Assembly: GCA_051294375.1 (NCBI GenBank) | Contig: CM119270.1 | Span: 21,411,391-21,475,390, forward strand | Reading direction: 5' to 3' | Source: Paraspadella gotoi | Taxonomy: Eukaryota > Animalia > Chaetognatha | DNA length: 64,000 nt | Shown here: piece by piece, positions 18,134 to 31,524 of the stretch | Numbering within the stretch: the first letter of the stretch is position 1 | How the letters are laid out: each line of letters begins with the position of its first letter | Notes under the pieces: model-generated | Told to the model about the DNA's origin: nothing | The model's input: only the letters and a program-made list of their open reading frames with translations | Database searches by the model: none | Position numbers and translations under genes: made by a program

Positions 18134-18837
18134 ATGGCGAGACTCACGACGCAGCAGCGGCTCGAATTAGAATTAGGATTGAGACGTGACGTGGACGGGG
18201 ATCCGCCCACAGTCGCGAACACGGCCACCCCACCGCCATCTGTGGTAAGTCTCGTCTGTGGGAAGTAAGTGAAATGTATGGTAAGGATTTGCCATCTGGG
18301 ATAAAGAACGTCTTGTGTGGTAACTGGTAAAAAAACTTATATTTATGGTAAAGGAGGCAATTAAAATAATTGTAGTGCATACTTCGTGCATACTTTGCGT
18401 ATAGTTTGTCGACAGACGATTTACCATGAGCGTCTCTATGTTTTATGGCCCCACAGTTTAATGCTTGTGTGGTAACGTAAAAATATACACTAGGATACGG
18501 TTAATCATGACTTTTAGTCTCGTTTTTTAATATAACAATGGATATATAAATGAGCTTTGTTGAAAAGGTTTTAAACAAATTGACCATGAATGATCAAATA
18601 TGTGGAGTTGATCTACCAAATTTCTAAACGTCAATAAACCAAAAATTAAATAAAAAAAAATTTATATTACATTAATCTTTAAACACTTAACTTAACCACT
18701 CCCGTTTCGCGCCTTCCGTTCAAATTCCTTTTTTTTTTTATTAAAAAAATTGAAAGGAAATTGTTTGTGAAATTCGACCCGACCCTTCAAATGGTGTGCG
18801 TCCAAACTTGGCCCAAGTTTCTTTCAAATGACGCAAA

Positions 18838-18900
<63 letters not shown>

Positions 18901-21900
18901 AGTCATCTCCCGTTATTTGGTTATAAATCTAATTTAAGGCGAAAGAACGTATTTGAACCAATAAATAAGTAAAATTAAAATTAAAGTTTTTTCAATTAAT
19001 TCTTTTTAGAAAAAGATATTAGTTTTGCTTTTTTTTGGTTTATTTATTTTTTGTGTCTTTTGTTGCAAGACTTTTTTAATATATATTTATAGATACAGGC
19101 ATTTTATGCATTGCGAAAAAAAATTTTTGATGAAGATTTAAAAGAATCTGTTGAACTCGGAATGCACGTTTAGTCTGGTGATTTACAGCTGAGACTAGTT
19201 CGTTACTAGTTTCGTGACAGATAATGTAAATTAGTTTAATTCTCATGTAATCATAAGTTTTATTCAACGACGTTAAATTAACCAATCTACTGCCTAATTT
19301 TAATTGTATAAGTATGCCTCAAAATTATCCAAAGAATGAAAACAATTTATACCGACAAAAGATTTATATAAGCTAAAGGTCAGCGAATCGGATTTGAGAA
19401 AAACATACAAGACATTTTTACAAACAAGAGCAACTTAAAAAAAAAAGAAAGAGAGCGGCCGCCGAAAAGCAACAAATCGTAAAAAATAAAGAATTTAAAA
19501 AAAAGGGAAAAAAATAAATAAAGAAAAAATCTCAAGAAAAAATGAAGTTAAATAAAAATAAAAATGCGTTGATCTTCGCTGCAGATTTTTTTTTTTTAAA
19601 TACGAAAAAAAATTTTTCTTACGTTTTGAATTTCCTAATCATTTGTGAAAGTCGTTTTTACTTTTTATCATTTTTTATTGCTAATTGTTAAATATTGATT
19701 TCTTATATTATTAATTTTCTTACTGAAAAAAGTTATATTTTTAGAAAAGAAAGTTAAAAAGCAAATTTAGATTGAAACTTGAGAATTAAGATCATCACTC
19801 AAGGACTGTAACAGTGGACATTCCTCGCCCCCCCCCCGACTCTTCCCCCCCTCCCCTCTTTCTCCCTCCTCAGCCCTTCTTCAATTTTTACAACCGAAGT
19901 TTTTTTTTTAAAAATCATTTCTTCTTTTTTTTTCTTTCGTTCTTTCTTTTTAATTCGAGGGGAAAAAAAAGTTAAGCTCTGTTTTTCTCCCAAGAGGCAT
20001 TTTAAGTCTAAACATTCGAAAAAACGGAATGAGTTGAAAAATAGGAAGGTGGAGAGGGAGGGGGAGAAATGTGGGCAAGGGTGGGGGGAAATGTGGCAAA
20101 AGGTTTGGGAAAATGTGATCAAAAGTTGGGGAAATGTGGTTATAGGTGGAGGAAACTGGGGTCAAAATTTGGGCAAAATGTGGTCAATATTTGGGGGAAA
20201 CTGCATTCAAAATTTGGTGGAAATGTGGTCAAAATTTGGGGAAAATGTGGTTATAAGTTGGGGAAGTGAGATAAAAAATTAAGGAAATGTGGAGAAATTG
20301 TGATGACGGGTTGAAGAAAATAGGCAAAGAGTGAAGTGAACTGAAGACGGAGTTATATAAAATCGTGAAAGATTAAATGGAGATAATTAAAATAATAGTG
20401 TTAAGAGAGATATTAAGAAAAATACTTAAACAATAATGAAAATAGCATTAAATAGCTTCAAATTAGGATCAAATTAGTAGTTTCGAAATTGCCTTTGATT
20501 TAAAAATGGAAGGGAAAAATATAAGGGAGAAGGTAGGAAAAGGGAAAAGGGAGGAAAATGGATGTAGTCAAAGGGAAAGAGGAGGAAAAGGGATGATGTC
20601 AAAAGGAAAGAGGAGGAAAAGGAACCAAGTCAAAGTGAAAAGGGAGGATGGGAGGAAAAGGGATAAGAGGAGAGGAAGATGCAATGAGGAAAACGTGAAA
20701 GAAAGACGGAAAACATCTCATCGTAAAATCTTTCTTTTATAAAAGAAAGAATGTTTCAGTTATCACCACGAGTTTTAAAGAGGAAAAATGTTTCAGTTTT
20801 CGTCACTCAAGATTAAACATCGAGCTTAAGCTTAAGAGATCACGTGATTAAAAGGGAATGACAAGATTGGGATGTTGCATCAACATCACGTGTGAGAACA
20901 TAAATCTGAAATAGATAATGCTTGTATTACAATTTAAAAGAATTAAATAATAAATTCAAAATTAAATCAGTATATTTCATGAAAGTTTAAAACGATTATC
21001 AAAAATATCTATTCAGTCTACTTATATATAAGGTATATATAAGCTATAAATAAGATATCTATATATATAATAAGTTGATCAATTAAATAATTATGATAAA
21101 TATACATTTAGTAAACAATCTTTCCTATTTCAGTTATCTCCACCAAACGGTGTCGCCATCTCTAGTCGAGTCGGCGTCAATTCTCATTTAGCGCCGACGA
21201 CGACGACGACGCCGACCAATATCGGCGCCGGAAAGAAAGCGGCGCCACCGACAGCGCCGAAGCCGGGAGGCGGACGATCGCCGGGAGTGTCGCCTGGAGT
21301 GTCGCCGACTCAATTTAGAAAATGTTAGAGTGAAATGAGATCTCGTGACTTTTCGTCTTTTTTCACATTCACACTTCACCTTTCACCGCAAATAAACCAC
21401 TTTTTCCACCACTACTTCCACCACCATATTCACCACCTCCCTTTTCACAACTCTTGCCCTTTCAACCAATTTTCCACATCAACTCTTACTACTCTTTCCA
21501 CAATACTTACGCCAAATTTTCCACAACCCATTCCACCCTTTCACTACTCTTTCACCTTTTCCACAACCCATTCCACCCTTTTCACTACTCTTCGACCTTT
21601 TCCCAACTCATTCCCCCCTTTCCACTACTCTTCAACCTTTTCCACAAACCCATTTCCACCCTTTCCATCACTCTTCCAACCTTTTCCAACCCAATTCCAC
21701 CCTTTTCACTACTCTTCCACCTTTTCCACAACCCATTCCACCATTTTAACCACCACTTTTCCACCAACCCCCCTTCCAGCCGACGCTGGCATCCAAGGCT
21801 ACCGTCCCGTTCGCTTCGATCCCGTCAATCCTCACCCGACGCCCAACTTCGCCGCCTCCGCCGCCGCCTCCACCGCCCCGCCCTCCAACGCCGATTTGCC

Positions 21901-24900
21901 GCTACCGCCGCCGCCGCCGCCCTCAGACTTTCCGCCGCCACCGCCGCCGACGTCCGCCGCCGGATTCCGGATGAACGAAGAGTTTCCTCCGCCGCCGGGC
22001 GCCGATGAACTCTTTCCGCCTCCTCCTCCGCCGATCGCCCAAGGTAAAGAAAGCAAAAATCTCATTTGCATATTGTAGTAATCAGTTGTTAACTTTATTT
22101 TTCGCTATCGTTTGATCGTTGAAACTCCCGTGGCATAAAATGATTCTTTATAAAATATCTTCCTTTTATATTTTAAACGAGTAAAGAAAAAGTTATATTT
22201 TTTTAAGCCATGATGCGTTTATTTAATCAAGTATGAAGTGAAAAAACGAAAAATTGTGAATAAGGATCAGAACTTTTGTCGAAATCCATAGCTGAAAATC
22301 GGTACCTCAAAACCAAAAGTGTCATTGTATTTGTGTTGTTAATAAAGAAAACCAACCATAAAAAACGGCAAGTGTACACTGTGTACACTTATACATGTTG
22401 TACAAATCTTTTACACTCTTACTTAAAAAAAAAAAAAAAAAACCGTCATCTAACAGCATTCGATGGTCGAGCATCTTTGAAGAAAATTACAAACATGAAT
22501 CGGAATTTTGTTTTGTTTATTTGAATATTCTTTTTTTAATATTTTGTTCAAATTAAACGAACATAAAAAATGAAGCAAAAATACAGAAAAGGAAAGAAAG
22601 AAAGAAAGAAAGAAAGAAAGAAAAGAAGGAAAAAAGAAAGGAAAAACAAAAAAAAAGGGAAAAAAATAAGAAAACAAACATTAAAAAGTAAAGCGGGTTA
22701 AAATTTATTACATTATTATCATTAAAACTTCTGTAATATAAAATATTTTACTATTTTACTATTTAACTTAAAAAACGATATAGAAATGTATATATATGAA
22801 AAAATTTTTTTTAAATTATTTTAACATATACTTTAAAAGTACAATCGCAAATTAAGGGTGGCCCTATAAAACTTTCCCCAGTATGTATCCCTATCAGAAC
22901 ATACAATTTTATGTAGTCTTATATATATATAAAAGTAATCATACTATATAACCTCAATCCCGAAATCTCGTCTGGAAAGAGTATTGTCTCTTCGTGACTG
23001 GCTGTTACTGTTAGATACATATTGATAGTTTTGGCTAAAAAGGCTGTTTCTTGAAAGAAAAAAAAAAACAAAACAAAAAACGGTTGCGTAAAACGTCATA
23101 AGAATTTTTTTGTTTTTTATTTTGGGAATACATGTAATTTCAAAATTCAAATGAAATTAATTATGACAAAAGTATTAAAACGAAAATAATGAAATTTTGT
23201 ATTAATTAACAGAAACCCACGACATTCCTTCGTCCGCCACGTCTTTCGGCCACAGTTTTCCCAAGAACAACTCCATCAACAACCCCGTCAACCACCCCGT
23301 CAACAACCCCATCAACAGCCTCAACGTCAAAAACAACAACAGCATCAACAGCAACAACAACAACAACAACAACAACAATGTCCTCGCGGGATCCAAGTCA
23401 CGTCAATATCAGTCACCGACTTTTCACGGAAAACTTCACGACGAAAGTGAGAAAATTCGGCGCTGTCGTTGTTGTTGTCGTTGTTGTTGTTGTTATGATT
23501 ATCGTTTTATTTAATGACTTTTGCTGTCTTTTCTGTCTTTGCTGTTTTTGCTGTCTTTGTTGTCTTTTCTGTCTTTTTCTGTGTTTTCCGTCTTTTCTGT
23601 CTTTTCAGTCTCTTTTGTCTCTTATGTCTTTTTTGTTTTTTCTGTATTTTCTCTTTTCTGTCTTTTCGGTTTTCTTTACATTTTGTGCCTTTACTGTATT
23701 TTCAATGACTTTTCTGTCTTTTCTTCCTTTTCTATCTCTTAGTTTTATTTTAAAATCAGTGAAATTGGGAATGTGATGATCGTGACAAGAGATATCATGT
23801 AAAGTCATGTCATGTCATGTCACCCAGTCAACTGGGAATGTGATCGTGTTAAGAGATAGACAGGAGATTTCTTCACATTAGTTTTCATCTCATCATCATC
23901 GTCATCATCATCGTCATCATCTTCATCTCATGTGATCGTGACAAGAAATATCACTAAATTTCTTCACATTAGTTTTCATCTCGTGTCAATCAGTCATATA
24001 GACTCTAAATATCTGATGACGACGACGATGACGACGACGATGACAACGACGACGACGATAACGAAGATCTCGAATATTTGTTTTTTGGCCTCCTTCTTTG
24101 TCCTTGCAATCACATGCGATCATGATGTGAGTCCGTGCGATCACACGCGACCGCATGCGCTCTCATGCGATCACACTGAAAGATAAGGATTCGCTCAGTT
24201 GTTTCGAAAACATTTAATGTTTTGTTTCTTGTATTTTTTTTGCGTGTGTTTTTTTTTTACGATGTCGTCTGTTGCTCGTATTTCCCAAATTAAGAAAAAA
24301 AAAAAAAAAAAGAATAAAAAAACTAAAGGAAAAATATTTAAAATAAAAAATCAAATTCCTTCACGAAGTTTTTCCTTTTTTGATCTTGACTTTTTTTTCA
24401 CTTGAGTCAATCAATACTGAACTTACTGCTGTACAGTTCAGCTATCATTTAAATCAATCAATACAGAGGCTATCCCTTATGTCAAACAGTAGGTGTAACT
24501 TTTCTGACAACAACATCATCATATCTCACGATATCACAACTTTACTGACAGAAACGATTCCATTGGCGGCGATTCTGACGAAGTCTCTTCGAAACGACGA
24601 CGTCGAGCTTCACGCCGGCGGCGCCGCCAATTCCTCGCCCGGCGCCGCCAATCCCTCGCCCGGCGCTGTTAATCCCTCACCCAGCGCCGCTCGTCCTCTA
24701 AATTCTTACGGAGTCAAGTCTCCGCAAGGAGGCGCTGCGTCTTCCGGAGTTAAAACTTCGCACGGCGCCGGATCCGCGCCTCTGACGACGACGAAAGCGA
24801 CGCCGTTTAACGGCGGCGTCAAGGAGACGCCGCAGAGCGGAAGCAGCGGCGGCGCAGCAGCAAATTTTAACAGCAGCAGTAGCAGCAGCATGAATCGTTT

Positions 24901-27900
24901 GGCGCCGAATCAGAGCAGCGGCAGTAGCAGCGCGATGAACGTATGTAGGATAATTTCTTTTTCTTTCATGAATTTATTTTTGTTTATTATTATTATTATT
25001 TATCATTCTCGCATTTTGTTGAACATTTGCTCTCAAACATTTCGATGATCATTTGTTTCCATCCTCTCCTCAGTCACGCTCTCCGTCGAACCTCTACTCC
25101 CCTCCAACGAGTCTTCAGGATATTCGCGGACGGCCCACTCCCGCCTCTACAGGTCGGTCTCATTTTAAAAGAGATTTAAAAAATGTAAAGAGATTTAAAG
25201 AGAGATTTATGACCTCTCTCTCTCTCTCTCTTCTTCTTAAATTTAAATGTTTATTTATCGCTTTACCTTTTTTTAAAATCTTTATATTCTGAAATTATAT
25301 TCTAAATCTCACCAGACGCATTAGATCAGTTGCTGATTCTTTTCGAAGGTAGTAACTTCCGGCACAGTGTTTTTAGTCTCGAACGACTTGACACAGCGAT
25401 TTTCTTCTTTTCAGATCAGATAGAAATAATCACAATTGCCATTTTAAACTCCCTTCATATCAACTTGCTTCCGGGACTTCATATTAATTTATTTATTTTA
25501 TTTATTTATAAGTTTAGTTTGTGAATAAAAGTCCTTAACTTACATTAATTTTATAATATAAAATATATATATAATATTAGATAATACCTGCGATAGGTAT
25601 TCAAAAACTTGTTAGGTCTATCAAGTCCGTCTATAGGTCGGTTAAATCGCGGACCCTGAACAATATATAAACTTTGTTTATAAAACATTATGAATTTATC
25701 ATCAAATGTTCTTTTGGATTTTCGAGTCCCGGAAATGAGGCGAACATTTTGCTGTGTAGTTTTTTTTTCTTAAATTCTTCATTTTCTCTTTCCTTTTGAT
25801 TATTTACGACGCTTGGAATCTACCGCACTCAATCACCCATCACCAAATCTTTACTGCAATATGCAAATTAGATTATTGATGTTTAATGGAAAATCCTACT
25901 GAAGTTTCTTTAATCAACAAGCAAACAGCAAGCAAAACTCCTGGACAACTTTACCATTCAGTCATACTTTTCATACCAAATAGATCGAGTAAATTTATCC
26001 ATACAAAGCAAAAGACGACATAAATTAACCAATCAAACGACGCAAGAAAATTAAATTAACAACGAACATCAATATCGCGCGAAACCCGTTTACTTCTTTG
26101 CAGAGGATTATTTCCCCTTGAAACTTTAGTAGTTAGTAGATTTGAGGGAGTTTGAGCGGTTAAAGCGAAATACCTGGTGGAGAATATTCACAACGAGAAA
26201 TACAATAAATTATAAGTCCATGAATAATATTGATTTAAAGTTATCATATAAGCGAGTTTTGTACATAGTCGTGAATTTTAACATCTTTTTTGGAGAAAAA
26301 TGCATATTTTTTCGGTTAATTTTGCTCAACCATAATTCAATTGCATTTCAGTGGTAGTTCATTCCTGTACTTTTCCTACTGAAATGCAAATGAATTGTGG
26401 TTAATCAAAATTAACCGAAATATATTGCTCTTTCTCAAAAAATATGCGTTTTCCTCATAATAAGCTGTTCAACTGCAGGACTATGAATATTATGTAATAT
26501 ATTATATATTATCCTTTTTGTCCACTTCGACCTCCCAAATATCAAATATTTTACAGCGTGATCTCTAAAAAAATCTCGTTGTGATCGAACTCCCCTGTAT
26601 TGGAATCCTCTTCCTCTTCCTCCTCCAATTCATCGTCAAATTTCCATCACAGAATCCCAGACATTCGCTGGACGCGGCGTCGGGCAGCCCTCTATCGGCA
26701 AGTCACCCCTCTCTGGCGCCGGGACGCCCTCTTCCGGCCTCGGGCAATCCCCGGCGTCGGGCGTCGGCCAATCCCTTTCCGTCGGCCAATCCCCGTCGGC
26801 CGGCGGAGTGAAGCCGCCGATTTCTCCGGCGTCGACCCAAAGGACTTCGTCCGGATCGAGCGGCTCAGGTTGAACGAGATGTCATTCTATTCTAATCTAT
26901 TCTATTCGATTCTAATCTATACTATTCTAATCTAATATTTTCTATTCTATTTTAATATAATCTTTTTTTATTCTTTTCTAATATATTCTAATATATTCTA
27001 TAATCTATTATGAAATTGGTACAACCAATATAAAAATTATCCATTCATTTAATAAATAAGCTATCTTGCCCCTGACTTTGGACAGGCTTTGGTGGTTTAA
27101 GGCCTCCATCACTCTTACAAGATAATGACATAGCAGTTCCCTGAAAGCTTTCAATCAAGACTCTTTCACAGTCTCGTTTATTCTTTTCTTTTCTTTTCTT
27201 TTCTTTTCTATTTTATTCTATCCTATTCTAATCTATTCTGTTCTATTCTATTCATTCTATCATATTCTATTCTTTTCTAATCCATTTTATTTTATTCTAA
27301 TCTAATCTATTTTGTTTTATTCTTTTTTATTCTATCATATTCCATTCTATTCTATTTTATTCCATTCTGTTCTAAATTCTTATATTCTATTCTATATAGA
27401 CAAATAGATTCAACGTTCAAATCACGCAATTCTTATCTTAAACAACTGGTGTTGTTGTTGTTGCCGTCGTCGTCCTCTTTACAGTCCGCGCAAAAAAGGA
27501 TCTCATTATTAGGCCTATCACTATCAGTCATATCAGTATCTCTATCACAATCTCAGTCACACATACTTTGCTAAATCGTGATTTTAAAATGAAAAAAAAA
27601 GTTTGAGAAATCGTTTCTGTAATTTCGCAGTCGATGTTCAGGATCTTTTCTCCTTCATCGAAGGTAGATTTGGAATCGAGATTAATATTTGTCGTGCTAG
27701 AAGTTTTAAGTACATTCAATTACATTAGAATTTTTATTAAATACGCTATTAACCCCGACGCATACACCTAGAGACAATACTTTAGTAAATAAAAAAAAAA
27801 GTGTGTTGGAGCGTTGGTGACATATCGGTAGATTTAATTACGGTAGGAGTTGCGGTTGAATAACTGATTAATATTATGAAACAGCGTCGTCCTCGTACAA

Positions 27901-30667
27901 AAAAAACTGGGCCTTATTTTCCCAGAATGCCCATTTTTGTCTCAAAATTAAAATTAAATTGCAGGAAAGAAATTAAAAAGTGGGGACTCTTGGAAAAGAG
28001 AGCCCAAAAAAGGGGTACACTTAGAAAAGTAAGCCTGAAAAAAAGGGCACTCTTGCAAAATTAAGCCCAAAAAAGGGCACTCTAGGAAAAGAGAGCCCAA
28101 AAAGGGATCACTCTTGGAAAAGAGAGCTCCCACCGAAACTGAAAAAAAACTTTTTCTTTCTTTCGGTGACAGATTTTACTCACGAAGCGGAAGTGGACAA
28201 GTTGACGGACCAATTGCTCAAAGGACTTAGGGCCACCAAAGACCCCAACTTTTTCGGTCGGTTAATGAAGATTAATTAATCAATTAATTTATTTATTTAT
28301 TGGTGGCTTGAAATTTCTGAATAAAAAAATGAATGAGAGAATGAATTAACTAATGAACGNNNNNNNNNNACTTTTTCGGTCGGTTAATGAAGATTAATTA
28401 AACAATTTATTTATTTATTGGTGGTTTGAATTTCTGAATAAAAAAATGAATTAAAGCCAATAACTTGGAAGAATGAATGAATGAGAGAATGAATTAACTA
28501 ATGAACGAAAGCCTAAAAGAATGATTGATCTGATGAATGAATTGATCCTTTCTCTCTCTTCCATCCAGGCATGTGCGCAAAGTGCGGCGGTGAAGTCTTA
28601 GGCGAATCCACCGGTTGCCAAGCGATGGACAACATTTATCACATCAAATGCTTCACCTGTAACGTTTGTTGTGAGTCACAGATTATTCATTTATTTATTA
28701 TTCTTTTTTTAATTTTTTTAAAAATCTATTTATTCATTATTGTAGATAATTAGGCGATTAATTATCGTAGCTAAATATTGTATTTGTTGTAATTTGGTCG
28801 CCAGCGTCGCAACTGAAAGGAAAACCTTTTTACGCGATGGAAGGAAAACCGTTTTGCGAAGATTGTTATCTCAACACATTGGAAAAGTGTTCAGTCTGCT
28901 CCAAGCCCATCACGGATAGGGTGAGAAATAAACATAAATAAATAAAAAAATAATAAATAGATTTCAATAAAAAAAATGACCTAAAGAAATAAGGGAAAAC
29001 TGAAGAAAGAAAAAAAATGAACTAAAAAAAAAACGAAGTAAAGAAATATTAAGAATGAATGAACTAACCTTAAACTTTCCTTTCCCCAAAATCCTTACCC
29101 AACAGATTCTTCGCGCGACAGGAAAACCTTACCATCCTTCTTGTTTCATCTGCGTCGTTTGTGGCAAAAGTTTAGACGGAATTCCTTTCACGGTCGACGC
29201 CACAAATCAAATTCACTGCATCGAAGATTTTCACAACAAATTCGCGCCCAAGTAAAATCTCTTCCGTTTAAACAATCGATCGGATAATTTTAAAAAGTTA
29301 ATTTATTATATGAGATTTGTACAATATACAAAATTATCGATTCATTTTAATATTCAAGTTACCAATACGAAATCATTCATTTATTTAATAAATAAACAAC
29401 CAATTCTTCTTACTGGACATTTATCATATGATTGAAAGCTTGCATGGACCTGCTATGACATTGTCTTGTAGGAGTGATTGTGGCTTTAAACCACCAAAGC
29501 CTGTCCAAAGTCAGAGGCAATATAGCTTATTTATTAAATGAATGGATAATTTGTATATTAGTTGTATCAATTTCATGTTGGAAAGGAGGACCGCTCCCTT
29601 AAGGTTGTAAAAACCCAGGTTCCTCTTAAGATGAATCCGTTTCGCTTTCCCTTACCCCTTACTCTTTACCCCTTACCCTTTCCCAGGTGTCACGTGTGCG
29701 GTGAAGGCATCGTACCCGAACCTGGAGAGACTGAAACTGTGAGAATCGTTGCACTCGATCGAAGTTTTCATGTCGCTTGCTACAAGTGTGAGGTGAGAAG
29801 CAAAGAAGCAAGCGTTGATGTAAGCATTGTGTAGAGGAGATGCAAGCATTGAGTAGAGATGCAAGCATTGAGTATCATTAGTGCCAAAAAAATGTTCTTG
29901 TCACGATAAAAATCTAAAACGAGCCTGAGAGAATTTTCAACCGAATGCAGCGTTTGTTAATGAATAAAATTAACATTTAAAATAAATTTAACTAAAGTAA
30001 ATAGTAAACGTCCCGCATGACCTCCTGCTTTTATCTTTCGACGCTTTTCCCTTTTTTTTTGCTTCCACCAAAACAAAAAACAAAAACAACAAAAAAACAA
30101 CAAAAAAACCAAAAAAATCCGCCCTTTTTTGTGAAATTTCAATTCAGTTTTAATTTCCCCCAGAGAGATTATGTGATAGAGTGAATCTTAAAAGTGACAT
30201 CACGTGCTGTGACATTTTTTGCCGTCGATCCACTCATGTTGAGATAAATCACCCCTTTTTATTTGATCACCCTGTACGATTGAAAGGATGTGAACTGAAA
30301 TTATAAACTGCTCCCATCAATTACAAACATCTTCTGAGTTGAATGTTTATTTTTATTTTTTTTTTTTTGTGGATATTTTTCGCCTCTTTGTTATAAATAC
30401 ATACATATATATTTTTTGACACTTGATTGAATCGGTCAAAACGAATTTACTGAAAAAACCCGTTATATCCTATTTGCTTCTTTTTTTTTTCATTTCGCTC
30501 ATTTTAATTCTTATTTTCTCCGCCAGGATTGTGGCATGCTTTTAGGAACGGTCAACGGCGAACAACGTCCCAACTACCCGCTAGATGGTCACATTCTGTG
30601 CCAACAGTGCAACGCCAACAGAATTCGCGCCATCACGGTCGCCGCCCCAAAAATTACCGATCTGTGA
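18134..30667 (+). CDS. LPP: Lipoma-preferred partner / zyxin-family LIM protein, 13 exons
   Basis: GT-AG exons in continuous phase: 18134-18244, 21134-21323, 21780-22043, 23213-23446, 24552-24940, 25074-25152, 26653-26868, 28173-28256, 28569-28670, 28805-28920, 29106-29251, 29687-29792, 30527-30667. Motifs: [11 protein letters not shown] (LPP KKFAPVVAPKP), ActA-type FPPPP EVH1 ligands, NES-like [13 protein letters not shown], three C-terminal LIM domains, C-terminal PDZ ligand KITDL* (human LPP ends STDL). First exon is less certain than the rest. Confidence 0.93.
20060..20270. repeat. Degenerate ~21-bp intronic minisatellite (gggaaatgtggtcaaaatttg)
   Basis: Repeated aaatgtggtcaaaatttggg-like units in LPP intron 1. 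Confidence 0.8.
21390..21775. repeat. Pyrimidine-rich ~40-bp intronic minisatellite
   Basis: Recurrent ccttttccacaacccattccacccttttcactactctt units filling LPP intron 2. Confidence 0.8.
26311..26419. repeat. Imperfect inverted repeat (~42-bp arms), probably centre of a palindromic MITE
   Basis: ttcggttaattttgctcaaccataattcaattgcatttcagt ... actgaaatgcaaatgaattgtggttaatcaaaattaaccgaa; weaker symmetry extends to ~26260-26490. Confidence 0.75.
27011..27183 (+). mobile_element. 5' half of the MITE family
   Basis: Near-identical to 17047-17219, then breaks into (ttttc)n. Confidence 0.85.
27980..28130. repeat. ~30-bp tandem repeat, ~5 copies
   Basis: ggg(c/t)actcttggaaaagagagcccaaaaa units. Confidence 0.8.
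29420..29577 (-). mobile_element. Reverse-oriented partial MITE family copy
   Basis: ttgaaagcttgca...ttaaaccaccaaagcctgtccaaagtcagaggcaa...aatgaatggataat...gttgtatcaatttca is the reverse complement of the 17047 copy. Confidence 0.8.
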
Positions 30668-31233
30668 TTATTTAGTTAATTGATTATTGATAAGAAATCA
30701 GAAATAATTCCGTGAAAGATAATAATAAATATTTTTTTTTTAAATATTAAAAATATTGTCTTCTGCTTCCATTATTTCGGGAGGAAAAACAACTTTTCGT
30801 AAAAAAAAAAAAGCTTGGGAAAACTTTAAAAGACAATACATTTACGCAATTAGCTTAGTCCAGTTTGTTTAGACGTTATGATTTAATTGATATAATTTTA
30901 TAAAAATTCGAACCGAAAAAAAAAAAATCGTTCCAATTCCACCCAACTTGTTAACTTGTTACTGTGATCATTTTTTAAAAAATGTACAAGTAGGAAAATG
31001 AGCATTAATTAATTATCTTTTGACTTTTCTTTTTTCTCTCTTTGTGTTCGCCTTCTCTCTCTTCCGCTGTTTCAAATCGAAGAGGCGATGTATTCAAAAC
31101 TACTGTGCCACTTTGCCACTGTGCCTTGATTGTTGCTGCCATCGCGATTGCTAATTTGGTGAACGGGAGTGTAAATAATAATAATAATAATATATCTGGC
31201 GAAAATAGAGCTAAATGTCTTTGTTTCGAATCA

Positions 31234-31321
31234 AATAAAACATTTAATTTTTATGAGTTTTATGAATCAAGAGCATTAGTTCTGTTCAATTAGACAGTTT
31301 TATTACAGACAAAATTTTATT
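31234..31321. terminator. Convergent candidate poly(A) signals of LPP (+) and SREBP (-)
   Basis: AATAAA at 31234-31239 (+); TTTATT at 31299-31304 and 31316-31321 (AATAAA on minus). An earlier + AATAAA lies at 30724. AT-rich background makes these tentative. Confidence 0.45.
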
Positions 31322-31524
31322 GATACATATGCAGTGCAAGATTCCTCTTTTTTTTGCATAATGAAATTCACAATGAAATGAAATGAAAATGAAAATTCCA
31401 AATGAAAATTCATTCATTCATGAAATAAAAAGATGACGAACTCGTAAATTCAATAAATCGTTCACAAACTCACAAAAAAAGTGAATAAAACAGTCAAATG
31501 TCTTTTGTTTCCCCCAGGCTTTTT

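Noticed and set aside
28250-28510. Duplicated LPP exon end/donor around a 10-N gap
   Set aside because: Overlapping contig ends (likely two haplotypes) flanking a scaffold gap.
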